Positions 1-7,749 are shown, counted from the first letter of the stretch. The stretch: DNA of 64,000 bases from Thermodesulfobacteriota bacterium (GCA_965215275.1 OZ244044.1:179679-243678); one strand, 5' to 3'. The notes: generated from the letters alone by a model not told the origin. Translations and numbers: made by a program.

Positions 1-997
1 TGCTTTTGAGTTCCATCCTGACAGGAATCCCGGTGATGCTTCTGCTTTGGAAAAGTTCAAAGAGATAAATGAAGCCTATCAAATATTGAGCGATGAGAAC
101 AAACGTGCTCAATATGACAGTTTCGGTCACATCGGTTCTGATTTTGGGTCTAATATCAATGACCTGTTTGGAAACCTGTTTGATGAAGTTTTCAATGGTG
201 GTTTTGGTTCCGACGGTCGTCAGAAAGGCAGTAATTTACAGTACGAGCTTAAAATAGGGTTTGAGGAAGCTGCATTTGGAGTTCAGAAAGAGATTGAGAT
301 CTCCAAAAACGTCATATGTTCCCATTGCAGTGGTAGGGGAGCATCACCCAGAGGCGAAGACAGATGTAAGGCCTGTAGGGGTAGTGGTTCGGTTGATTAC
401 ACAAATGGTTTATTTTCTGTCAGAAGGACCTGTGGTCAATGTAAGGGTAGGGGATATGTAATTACAGAGTATTGTAATGAGTGCAGCGGAAATGGGGTCC
501 TAAAAACTCAACATAAGGTAAAAGTTAATGTTCCGGCAGGGATTTCCAGTGAATCAAGGTTAAGGATCAGAAATGAAGGAGGACATGGAATTAACGGGGG
601 ACCGAACGGAGATCTTTTCGTTGTTATATTGGTAGAGGAACATCCGATATTTATAAGGGAAGGTAACGATATATGCTGTGAAGTGCCGATAAATTTTATC
701 CAGGCAATGTTAGGTGATAAGATTACCATTCCGACCCTGCTGGGAAAGGATAACTTAAAAATTCCACCAGGTACTCTGCACGGTCAGCTTTTCAGATTAA
801 AAGGAAAAGGAGTGGTTGATTTACAGACGAACAGGATTGGTGATCTGATTGTAGTAATTAGCGTTGAAATTCCTAAAAAGGTAACATCGAAACAGAAAAA
901 GCTATTAGAGGAGCTTGCCAAGGATATTGTCCCCGAGCAGTTTAAAAACGTTAATAGTTTTAAAGAGAACTTGGAGAGACATATTTCAAAAAATTAG
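1..997 (+). CDS. dnaJ: Molecular chaperone DnaJ, 5' partial; the reading frame runs to the window start
   Basis: The in-frame upstream sequence reads AFEFHPDRNPGD, which is the J-domain HPD motif. There are four CxxCxGxG zinc-finger repeats (CSHCSGRG, CKACRGSG, CGQCKGRG, CNECSGNG) and a DnaJ C-terminal domain. Confidence 0.9.
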   Translation, partial: AFEFHPDRNPGDASALEKFKEINEAYQILSDENKRAQYDSFGHIGSDFGSNINDLFGNLFDEVFNGGFGSDGRQKGSNLQYELKIGFEEAAFGVQKEIEISKNVICSHCSGRGASPRGEDRCKACRGSGSVDYTNGLFSVRRTCGQCKGRGYVITEYCNECSGNGVLKTQHKVKVNVPAGISSESRLRIRNEGGHGINGGPNGDLFVVILVEEHPIFIREGNDICCEVPINFIQAMLGDKITIPTLLGKDNLKIPPGTLHGQLFRLKGKGVVDLQTNRIGDLIVVISVEIPKKVTSKQKKLLEELAKDIVPEQFKNVNSFKENLERHISKN

Positions 998-1171
998 GGG
1001 ATTACATACTTAATTGCCAAAAAGCTCAGACTACTTCCTGCACTGACTTTAAAGTTTTGGACAGGTCCTGTCAGTATGAGATATTATTTATCCACTTGAC
1101 ATTCGTTCATAATACTTGGTAAAATATAAATGTTATGAAAAATTCAAACATAAAAACACATAGTTCCATTA

Positions 1172-1182
1172 CCCCCCCCCCC
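1172..1182 (+). repeat. Homopolymeric C11 tract about 9 bp upstream of the -35 element of subtilase paralog 1
   Basis: Counted directly in the sequence. The position is homologous to the C10 tract upstream of paralog 2 (G10 at 26808-26817 on the plus strand). Confidence 0.85.
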
Positions 1183-1190
1183 ATATAAAC

Positions 1191-1219
1191 CTGACCTTTC
1201 AGTCTGGTATAAGTATTTT
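1191..1219 (+). promoter_or_regulatory. Putative sigma70-type promoter of paralog 1: cTGACC, a 17-bp spacer, then TATTTT
   Basis: Spacing and spacer sequence (tttcagtctggtataag) are conserved with the paralog 2 promoter (tttcagctggacataag). The ATG at 1229 lies only 9 nt after the -10 element, so the transcript may be leaderless or have a very short leader. Confidence 0.5.
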
Positions 1220-1242
1220 TTAAGAACAATGTTTAAGATAAT

Positions 1243-1252
1243 CCCCCCCCCC
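1243..1252 (+). repeat. Homopolymeric C10 tract inside the 5' coding region, between ATG 1229 and the signal peptide; candidate translational phase-variation switch
   Basis: ATG(1229)-TTT-AAG-ATA-ATC-C10 runs into TAA at 1256. With C9 or C12 the ATG frame reads MFKIIPPPSKSLLTLVLFILFIMVIAAKG, which continues into the 1296 ORF. Confidence 0.8.
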
Positions 1253-1295
1253 ATCTAAGTCATTACTTACGTTAGTTTTATTTATTCTGTTTATA

Positions 1296-4200
1296 ATGGT
1301 AATAGCTGCAAAAGGGCAGAGCAGCCTGGAAGAAACATTATCTGAATGCAGAGGTATGAGTGCAGACACGGAAGATCCGTTATACGGATGTCAGTGGCAT
1401 CTGAAAAATACAGGACAGTTTAGTATTTCCGGAAATAGAATAACTGCAGGAGAAGATATAAACATAGAGGGAGTGTGGAACGAATACGTATACGGTACCG
1501 GAATTAACGTAGCAGTTGTAAGTGACGGTATCGACCTTTCACATGAGGACCTTTCTGCAAACGTACGTTCCGAACTGAACTATAGTTTTTCTGAGAAAGA
1601 TAATTCTGACAGTTCATCCTTTACCGGAACACGAGCAGCAGGTGTTATTGCAGCGGCTGGATATAACGGACTGGGAGTAAGAGGAACAGCACCTGGTGCG
1701 AGTATATACAGTTACAGGTTATCCGGTGATCTCAGGGAAGCGGACGCGGTGGTCCGTAATAAAGAAATAACAGCAGTATCGGTTAACGGCCTGGGATCTG
1801 AGGACGGAGCTTTTTTTCAGGAGGCTTTATCTTCCTGGGAAGAAGGAGTGGAACTTGGTATAAGTAAAGGGTTTTATGGTAAAGGAGTGTTTTACGTCCG
1901 GGGAGCAGGGGACGGGCATGAGAATAACGATCAGGCTAATTTTTCTGAATATTCTAATTACTACGGCGTAACAGCCGTGTGTTCAACTGACGGTTATGGA
2001 AAAAAGAGTATTTTTTCAGAAGAGGGAGTAAATCTCTGGGTATGTGCACCTGGTTCTGATATTGTAACCACAGATAACAACAACGATTACGTTGTAACTT
2101 CCGGAACATTTCTATCAGCTTCACAGGTCGGAGGAGTGGCTGCACTGCTGAGAGAGATAAACGGGAATCTGAGCTGGAGGGATATAAAGCTTATACTTGC
2201 GGGTTCAGCACGTCAGAACGATTTTTCTGATATTAGCTGGGAGACAGGAGCTGTTAAATACGGCTCTGACACGGAAAGATATAATTATAATCCTAAGTAT
2301 GGTTTTGGCGTGGTAGACGCAGAAGCAGCTGCAGAACTTGCAGGAAGCTGGAAAGGCGTTGGAGAGATGAGGACCGTTACCGCCTTTTCAGATAATGAAA
2401 TAACAATTCCTGATGGAGAAGGAGAAGCGGATGGAATACTTACCTCCACACTTATGATCCCGGACCTGGAGGAAATATTTACGGAATTCGTGGAGGTAGA
2501 ACTTGTTTTCTCTCATGACCGCTTACAGGACCTTAATATACAGATAACCTCTCCTTCCGGGACAGTATCTGAACTTGTGCGGGAGGTTGTAAGGGGATCT
2601 TCGAATGAAGAAGAAAACTGCGTCAGTTACCTGAGAAGAACACATCGTTTCGGGTCGGCTAAGCACCTCGGAGAAGACCCTTCCGGAGAATGGATCCTTA
2701 ATATATCTGATACTGCTTCCGGAGATGCAGAAAACACTGTTACCTTACACTCATGGAGCATTAAGGTATACGGGCATTTTTATCAGGGAACTGGCAATGA
2801 GATAAATCCTAAACATCACAGACTGAATTTTGGCGGTCAGACAATTCAGGATCAGGAGTATCAAGTAGAAGTTCAGATAGCACCATTAGTGCTGCCTAGG
2901 GCAACTGGAGATACTGGAATACAATATAATTTGACTGATGATCCAAACACAGATGGATTTGCCACTAATGTACCAATTGATGGATTGAGTTTTAACCGTG
3001 GAACCAGAACTCTAAGTGGCACACCCACTAATACTGGGTCTTTTGATCTCATATACAGCGCTGTTGGTAGAACAGACGGTACTGCTGCTCAACTTGAGTT
3101 CAACGTTACGGTGGTAAACGTCCCTACCTTCGGAGGTCAGACCATACCAGATCATACGTATGCAAGACTTCAGACAATAAGAAATCCGTTAACTTTTCCT
3201 AAAGCAACGGGAGGGAATGCTCCCTTGACTTACAGTATAACTCCTAAGGTACAGACTGGACTTGCTTTCAGCAGTTCCACTCGGAGGATAACCGGGTCAC
3301 CTGGGACTGTAAGGAGCAGAACTGAGCATACGTATACGGTAACGGACAATGAGGGAGATACGGCTGAGATAACGTTCGGTATAACCGTAGAAGGAAATGA
3401 CAGGAGGCCGCGTTTCAGAGCAGGTGAGAATATCTCTGATAAGTTTTATTTTACAGGTGTTCCGATAACGCCGGTAACGCTGCCCAGGGCAACTAACGGG
3501 AACAGTCCGATAAAATACAGTTTAAATCCTTCTTTACCAACTGGATTGAGCTTTAACGCAAATACCCGGGAGATAAGCGGGACACCGACTGCTGCAAGCA
3601 GTAACACAGAGTATACATACAGAGCATCAGACCTTGATGGAGACAGGCGTGATCTGAAGTTCAGTATCACGGTAAGGGATGCAACTGACGTACCGACCTT
3701 CGGCAGTGAGACGATAGATGATCAGGAGCATACAGCAGGGAGTCAGATAACACCAGTAACGCTGCCTGAGGCAACATCAGGAGATGCTCCGTTAATATAC
3801 CGTTTAACCCCTGCCTTGCCTGATGGATTGATCTATAACAATATCACCGGAGTTATAAGCGGAACACCGACTGCTGCAATGTCTGAGACTATGTATACAT
3901 ATACAGTAACGGATAATGATGGAGATACGGATGAGCTGACGTTTAATATTGAGGTAGCAGCAAGCTTCAGCAACGTAACGATAGAAGATAAGGTGTATAT
4001 AGCAGGTACAGCAGTAACGGAAATGCTGCCTGAGGCAACTGGACATAATGGAACGGTAACCTACAGTTTAACCCCATCATTACCAACTGGACTGGACTTT
4101 AACACAGCTACCCGGGAGATAAGTGGAACACCTTCTGCTGCATCGTCTCAGACTGCTTATACATATACCGTTACTACTGGTGCAGGAGGACCTGCACGAA

Positions 4201-4688
4201 CTTTGACGTTCAGGATAACAGTAGAAGAAGACAGCATGCCGGACTTCAGCGGTACAGCAATACCTGATCGGGTGTACACGGGGAGAGCAATAACGCTGCC
4301 GGAGGCAACGGGAGGGAATCCACCAGTTACTTACAGTATAACACCTGATCTGCCAGCTGGATTGAGATTTAACGAAGTAACGCGGGAAATAAGTGGGACA
4401 CCCAGGAGTGCATCAACAAGAACTTACACGTATACGGTAACGGACAGCAATGGAGATACGGATGATGCGACTTTCATGCTCAGTGTAGAGGTTACTTCTA
4501 CTCCAGGACCAACACCACCACGAGGACCAAGAACGTCAGGTACTGATTCAGGCGGAGGTGGAGGAGGATGTGCCGTCTCAGATCAGATCAGCGTTGTTTA
4601 TGATATTCTCGGAGCAGTGGCATGTCTGATACTTATACCTGTATCAGTAGTTATCAGAAGGAAGAGAAGAGCTCAGATAAAGACGTAG
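1296..4688 (+). CDS. Kexin-like (S8B) subtilase-family surface protein with P-domain, six He_PIG/cadherin-like repeats and a C-terminal Gly/Cys-TM-RRKRR sorting-type signal. The ORF as sequenced begins at 1296; the full-length form would start at ATG 1229 if the C-tract length changed.
   Basis: Asp motif VVSDGIDLSHEDL. The His region is TGTRAAG, where kexins have HGTRCAG. The Ser region is GTFLSAS, where GTS is expected. The P-domain ends in the GEW...HSWSIKVYG pattern. The repeats follow the pattern LPxATGGNxPLTYSxxPxLPxGLxFN..ISGTP..YTYTVTD.GDTD. The C-terminus is GGGGGGCAVS-hydrophobic helix-RRKRRAQIKT. Confidence 0.75.
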   Translation: MVIAAKGQSSLEETLSECRGMSADTEDPLYGCQWHLKNTGQFSISGNRITAGEDINIEGVWNEYVYGTGINVAVVSDGIDLSHEDLSANVRSELNYSFSEKDNSDSSSFTGTRAAGVIAAAGYNGLGVRGTAPGASIYSYRLSGDLREADAVVRNKEITAVSVNGLGSEDGAFFQEALSSWEEGVELGISKGFYGKGVFYVRGAGDGHENNDQANFSEYSNYYGVTAVCSTDGYGKKSIFSEEGVNLWVCAPGSDIVTTDNNNDYVVTSGTFLSASQVGGVAALLREINGNLSWRDIKLILAGSARQNDFSDISWETGAVKYGSDTERYNYNPKYGFGVVDAEAAAELAGSWKGVGEMRTVTAFSDNEITIPDGEGEADGILTSTLMIPDLEEIFTEFVEVELVFSHDRLQDLNIQITSPSGTVSELVREVVRGSSNEEENCVSYLRRTHRFGSAKHLGEDPSGEWILNISDTASGDAENTVTLHSWSIKVYGHFYQGTGNEINPKHHRLNFGGQTIQDQEYQVEVQIAPLVLPRATGDTGIQYNLTDDPNTDGFATNVPIDGLSFNRGTRTLSGTPTNTGSFDLIYSAVGRTDGTAAQLEFNVTVVNVPTFGGQTIPDHTYARLQTIRNPLTFPKATGGNAPLTYSITPKVQTGLAFSSSTRRITGSPGTVRSRTEHTYTVTDNEGDTAEITFGITVEGNDRRPRFRAGENISDKFYFTGVPITPVTLPRATNGNSPIKYSLNPSLPTGLSFNANTREISGTPTAASSNTEYTYRASDLDGDRRDLKFSITVRDATDVPTFGSETIDDQEHTAGSQITPVTLPEATSGDAPLIYRLTPALPDGLIYNNITGVISGTPTAAMSETMYTYTVTDNDGDTDELTFNIEVAASFSNVTIEDKVYIAGTAVTEMLPEATGHNGTVTYSLTPSLPTGLDFNTATREISGTPSAASSQTAYTYTVTTGAGGPARTLTFRITVEEDSMPDFSGTAIPDRVYTGRAITLPEATGGNPPVTYSITPDLPAGLRFNEVTREISGTPRSASTRTYTYTVTDSNGDTDDATFMLSVEVTSTPGPTPPRGPRTSGTDSGGGGGGCAVSDQISVVYDILGAVACLILIPVSVVIRRKRRAQIKT
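2808..4500 (+). repeat. Tandem array of six roughly 95-aa He_PIG/dystroglycan-cadherin-like repeats inside paralog 1
   Basis: The periodic motif PxATGGNAPLTYSITP...TREISGTPT...YTYTVTDNDGDTDE is visible in the translation. Confidence 0.7.
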
Positions 4689-4828
4689 TAATGCGGTCCT
4701 TTCCAAAACAATGAAGGAATTAAAATCTCTCAGTCAGAATAAAGGAATAATAACAAGTGAGAAACCAAGGATAATTCTATCGGTAGATGGTGATAATGAT
4801 TAAAATTTAAAATCTGAATTGCTTCAAA

Positions 4829-5104
4829 TCACCTGCCACCAGCTATAGCAGGAATTATAGAAATATTGTCATTTTGATTTAGTTTGGTGTTCTTCCCATC
4901 AAGAAACCGGATGTCTTCATTGTTAACGTATAAATTTATGAATCTTCTTACGTTTCCTTCTTCATCACATATTCTATCTTTAATACCGGGACATTCTTTC
5001 TCAAGTTCCTCTATCAGTTCATTAATATCCGAGGCAGTTACATTTATTTCGTCTCTATCTTTAGATAATTTTCTAAGTGGAGTTGGTATTCTTACAGATG
5101 GCAT
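4829..5104 (-). CDS. MoaD/ThiS-family ubiquitin-like sulfur-carrier protein; ends ...IIPAIAGG plus one extra Arg
   Basis: About 90 aa in a beta-grasp pattern (INLYVNNEDIRFLDG...NDNISIIPAIAGGR), with a Gly-Gly at the penultimate position. It lies 37 bp downstream of thrC on the same strand. Confidence 0.6.
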   Translation of the reverse strand: MPSVRIPTPLRKLSKDRDEINVTASDINELIEELEKECPGIKDRICDEEGNVRRFINLYVNNEDIRFLDGKNTKLNQNDNISIIPAIAGGR

Positions 5105-5141
5105 GTATATTTCTCCTGTTATAAATTCTACGTATAATTAA

Positions 5142-6377
5142 CTATTGTACTATATTTTTATACAATTCTTCAAATATTTCAATTTTAGATTCTATTATCT
5201 TTGGACTTGCTAATTTATTTACGATGGCGTCCTGAGTTTTTAAACCGTTACCGGTTATAGAAATAACGGTTGACTCATTAACGGATAGTTTTCCCTTTTC
5301 TATAAGTTTTTTAGTAACCGCTATAGTAACCCCACCGGCAGTTTCGGTATAAATTCCTTCTGTTTCTGCAAGCAGTTTTATTCCATCAATTATTTCTTGA
5401 TCAGACACATCTTCAGCCCAACCTCCGCTTTCTTTAATTACGGACATTGCATAAATTCCATCTGCGGGAGTACCAATTGCAAGTGATTTAGCAATGGTGT
5501 CGGGTTTTACTGGCTTAAACATATCCCAGTTGTTCTTAAATGCAGTGGAAATAGGTGAACATCCTGTAGCTTGAGCCCCATACATTTTTGTTCTGCCAGA
5601 CTCTACAAATCCTAATAGTTCAAATTCCTTTATAGCTTTCCATATTTTGGTCAGAAGCGAACCACTTGCCATTGGCACTATAATATTGTCAGGGACTTTC
5701 CAGCCAAGCTGCTCCATTATTTCAAAGGCATAGGATTTTGAACCTTCTGAATAATAAGGTCTGATGTTTATGTTAACAAATGCCCAGTTATATTTTCCTG
5801 CAATTTCACTGCAGAGCCTGTTTACATCATCATAAGTACCTTTGATCCCTATAAGATCAGTGCCGTACACGATACTGTTAACGACTTTTGATTGTTCAAG
5901 GTCGTGGGGAATAAAAATAAAGCTCTTTAAGCCACCTGATGCAGCAAGAGAAGATACAGAATTTGCAAGATTGCCGGTAGAGGCACAGGAAACGGTATCA
6001 AACCCAAATTCTCTGGCTTTGGATAAAGCAACTGAAACCACTCTGTCCTTAAATGACAAGGTCGGAAAACATACTGCATCATTCTTTATGTACAGATTTG
6101 AATGTCCTAGTGCCTTTGCCAGATTATCAGCTTTTATTAGAGGGGTATAACCGACTTTTTTGCCTATTTCTGGTTCATTATCAATGGGTAAAAGTTCAGC
6201 ATATCTCCAGATATTGTTCTTCCGGGATATAATATCTTCCTTTGTCAGGACTTTTTTAATCTCTTCGTAGTTGTATGATACCTCTAATGGACCAAAGCAT
6301 GTTTCGCAAACATATATTGGCTTAGCAGGATATTTTTCACCGCATTCTTTACACTTTAGACCTTTAATAAAACTCAT
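5142..6377 (-). CDS. thrC: Threonine synthase with an N-terminal Cys4 zinc ribbon
   Basis: SFKDR PLP-lysine motif. The N-terminus reads CKECGEKYPAKPIYVCETC. The ORF track gives a TTG start at 6443, but I prefer the ATG at 6377 (MSFIKGLKCKECGE). Confidence 0.8.
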   Translation of the reverse strand: MSFIKGLKCKECGEKYPAKPIYVCETCFGPLEVSYNYEEIKKVLTKEDIISRKNNIWRYAELLPIDNEPEIGKKVGYTPLIKADNLAKALGHSNLYIKNDAVCFPTLSFKDRVVSVALSKAREFGFDTVSCASTGNLANSVSSLAASGGLKSFIFIPHDLEQSKVVNSIVYGTDLIGIKGTYDDVNRLCSEIAGKYNWAFVNINIRPYYSEGSKSYAFEIMEQLGWKVPDNIIVPMASGSLLTKIWKAIKEFELLGFVESGRTKMYGAQATGCSPISTAFKNNWDMFKPVKPDTIAKSLAIGTPADGIYAMSVIKESGGWAEDVSDQEIIDGIKLLAETEGIYTETAGGVTIAVTKKLIEKGKLSVNESTVISITGNGLKTQDAIVNKLASPKIIESKIEIFEELYKNIVQ

Positions 6378-6417
6378 TTTTTCACAAGTTGAGGAGAGAT
6401 AGGATTGGAAAGAAAAA

Positions 6418-6843
6418 CTACCTTTTATTAACGGTTTTGTCAAAGCTACTTGAAGGTTTTATACCGTCTTTAGTAACTGTTACTTTAATAACCTTCTCTG
6501 ATATGATGATATTTTTGTTTTTTCTATACCTGCCTCCAACTACTACAGTGTCATTTTTATCAAATTCTGGTATTTCTGTAAGTTCCACATTTATGTTGTT
6601 TCCGTAATGATCGGCTAAAGTAAGGATTCCTTGCTTGTTTTCCAAATTCTTGATTTCTTCAACAAATCCCAGTACAACTACTTGTGCTCCATCGAACGCG
6701 ATAGGGGATATCTGAATTCTGGCGATCGAAGTTTTGATCCCTGTTATATTAAAAACAGGTTTCGGCTGTTCTTTCTTCTGACACCCGGCAAGAACGATTA
6801 ACGAGATACAAATTATAAGCAGTTTCGATATTTTAAAAGCCAT
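6418..6843 (-). CDS. Hypothetical lipoprotein
   Basis: Signal peptide with a LAGC lipobox (MAFKISKLLIICISLIVLAGCQ). Confidence 0.6.
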   Translation of the reverse strand: MAFKISKLLIICISLIVLAGCQKKEQPKPVFNITGIKTSIARIQISPIAFDGAQVVVLGFVEEIKNLENKQGILTLADHYGNNINVELTEIPEFDKNDTVVVGGRYRKNKNIIISEKVIKVTVTKDGIKPSSSFDKTVNKR

Positions 6844-6894
6844 TTTTTTAATAAATCAGGTAAATTCTATAAGTATATCTGAAGAGAGGAAAAA

Positions 6895-7686
6895 GTGTAT
6901 ATTTCAGAAGACGATAATTTAAGTATATACAGATTTAAAGTAGAAAACAGTGGTAAGAACTTTAATTACATAGTTAAATGCAATCAAACGGGAGAATGCG
7001 TTGTGATAGACCCGCTTGACCCGGTTCGATTGCTGAACTTTGTAAGAAAGAACGATATGAGAGTGTCTTATGTAATAAATACCCACGGTCACCCCGATCA
7101 CGTTGAGGGAAATAATCCCATAATTAAGGTTTTTTTGTCATCTAATATCTTAATACACGAACTTGGTATGGATTTTGTTGCACCAAGAGCGGAAGCATTA
7201 AAAGAAGGGGACGTTATAAGTTGTGGTAAACTTAAAATAGATGTTCTGCACACCCCGGGTCACTGCCCCGAACATATTTCTTTAATGATCGGCAGCAATA
7301 TATTTGTAGGAGACACTATTTTTGTCTCCGGATGTGGAAACACAAAGTTCAGAGGTAATACTGATGAACTCTATGAAACTTTCTCAAGTAAGCTGATGAA
7401 ACTGGAAGATGATCTTAATGTGTTCTGCGGGCATGATTATGCAAAAAATAATTTAGAATTTGCTTTAAGTATTGATCATAATAATCCTCATATAAACAGT
7501 AAATTAGAAGAAATTAAAAAACAAAATGAGGTTTTATCTACGATCGGAGAAGAGAAAAAATATAATCCTTTCATGAGAGTTGGTGAAAAAAGTCTGGTCA
7601 GTGCCTTAAAAGAGAAATACCCTGATATGAAGACAGATGAGAGGTCCGTGTTCATTAAATTAAGAGAGCTTAGAGATAACTGGTAA
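6895..7686 (+). CDS. MBL-fold metallo-hydrolase, glyoxalase II-like
   Basis: HxHxDH motif INTHGHPDHVEGN. Size is consistent with a hydroxyacylglutathione hydrolase-like enzyme. Confidence 0.7.
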   Translation: MYISEDDNLSIYRFKVENSGKNFNYIVKCNQTGECVVIDPLDPVRLLNFVRKNDMRVSYVINTHGHPDHVEGNNPIIKVFLSSNILIHELGMDFVAPRAEALKEGDVISCGKLKIDVLHTPGHCPEHISLMIGSNIFVGDTIFVSGCGNTKFRGNTDELYETFSSKLMKLEDDLNVFCGHDYAKNNLEFALSIDHNNPHINSKLEEIKKQNEVLSTIGEEKKYNPFMRVGEKSLVSALKEKYPDMKTDERSVFIKLRELRDNW

Positions 7687-7720
7687 AGTGGTTCTTGTTC
7701 AGGGTAGGGCAGGGGGGGGG

Positions 7721-7741
7721 GCACGTCTCAAGTGGTTTTAA
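7721..7741. repeat. G-rich tract GGGTAGGGCAG11, including an 11-G homopolymer at 7731-7741, lying between convergent 3' ends
   Basis: Seen directly in the sequence. It has G-quadruplex-forming potential. Confidence 0.8.
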
Positions 7742-7749
7742 CTGATTTT

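Noticed and set aside
261-729. Short ORFs (66 aa and 73 aa) overlapping dnaJ in other frames or on the opposite strand. Many similar antisense ORFs of 60-180 aa overlap the housekeeping genes throughout the ORF track, for example 16119-16571, 17076-17561, 20545-21066 and 58439-58972.
   Set aside because: They lie wholly inside well-supported conserved genes and have no motifs or translation signals. They are low-complexity translations of the antisense strand and I treat them as spurious.
1058-1070. The 13-mer palindrome GACAGGTCCTGTC found after dnaJ and again at 35207-35219, considered as a possible dispersed repeat or REP-like element.
   Set aside because: I found only two copies, and the stem is only 5-6 bp. 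One copy is followed by a T-run and fits a weak terminator. This is too little evidence for a repeat family.
4811-4850. A tRNA-like T-loop string (gcttcaaatcacc) near 4820.
   Set aside because: It is the 3' end of the MoaD-like CDS (…PAIAGGR*) on the minus strand. No acceptor or anticodon stem can be formed.
6378-6443. A TTG-initiated 22-aa N-terminal extension of thrC that overlaps the upstream lipoprotein gene.
   Set aside because: The internal ATG at 6377 begins the conserved Zn-ribbon (MSFIKGLKCKECGE) and removes the gene overlap, so the extension is probably an ORF-caller artefact. No Shine-Dalgarno is evident for either start.
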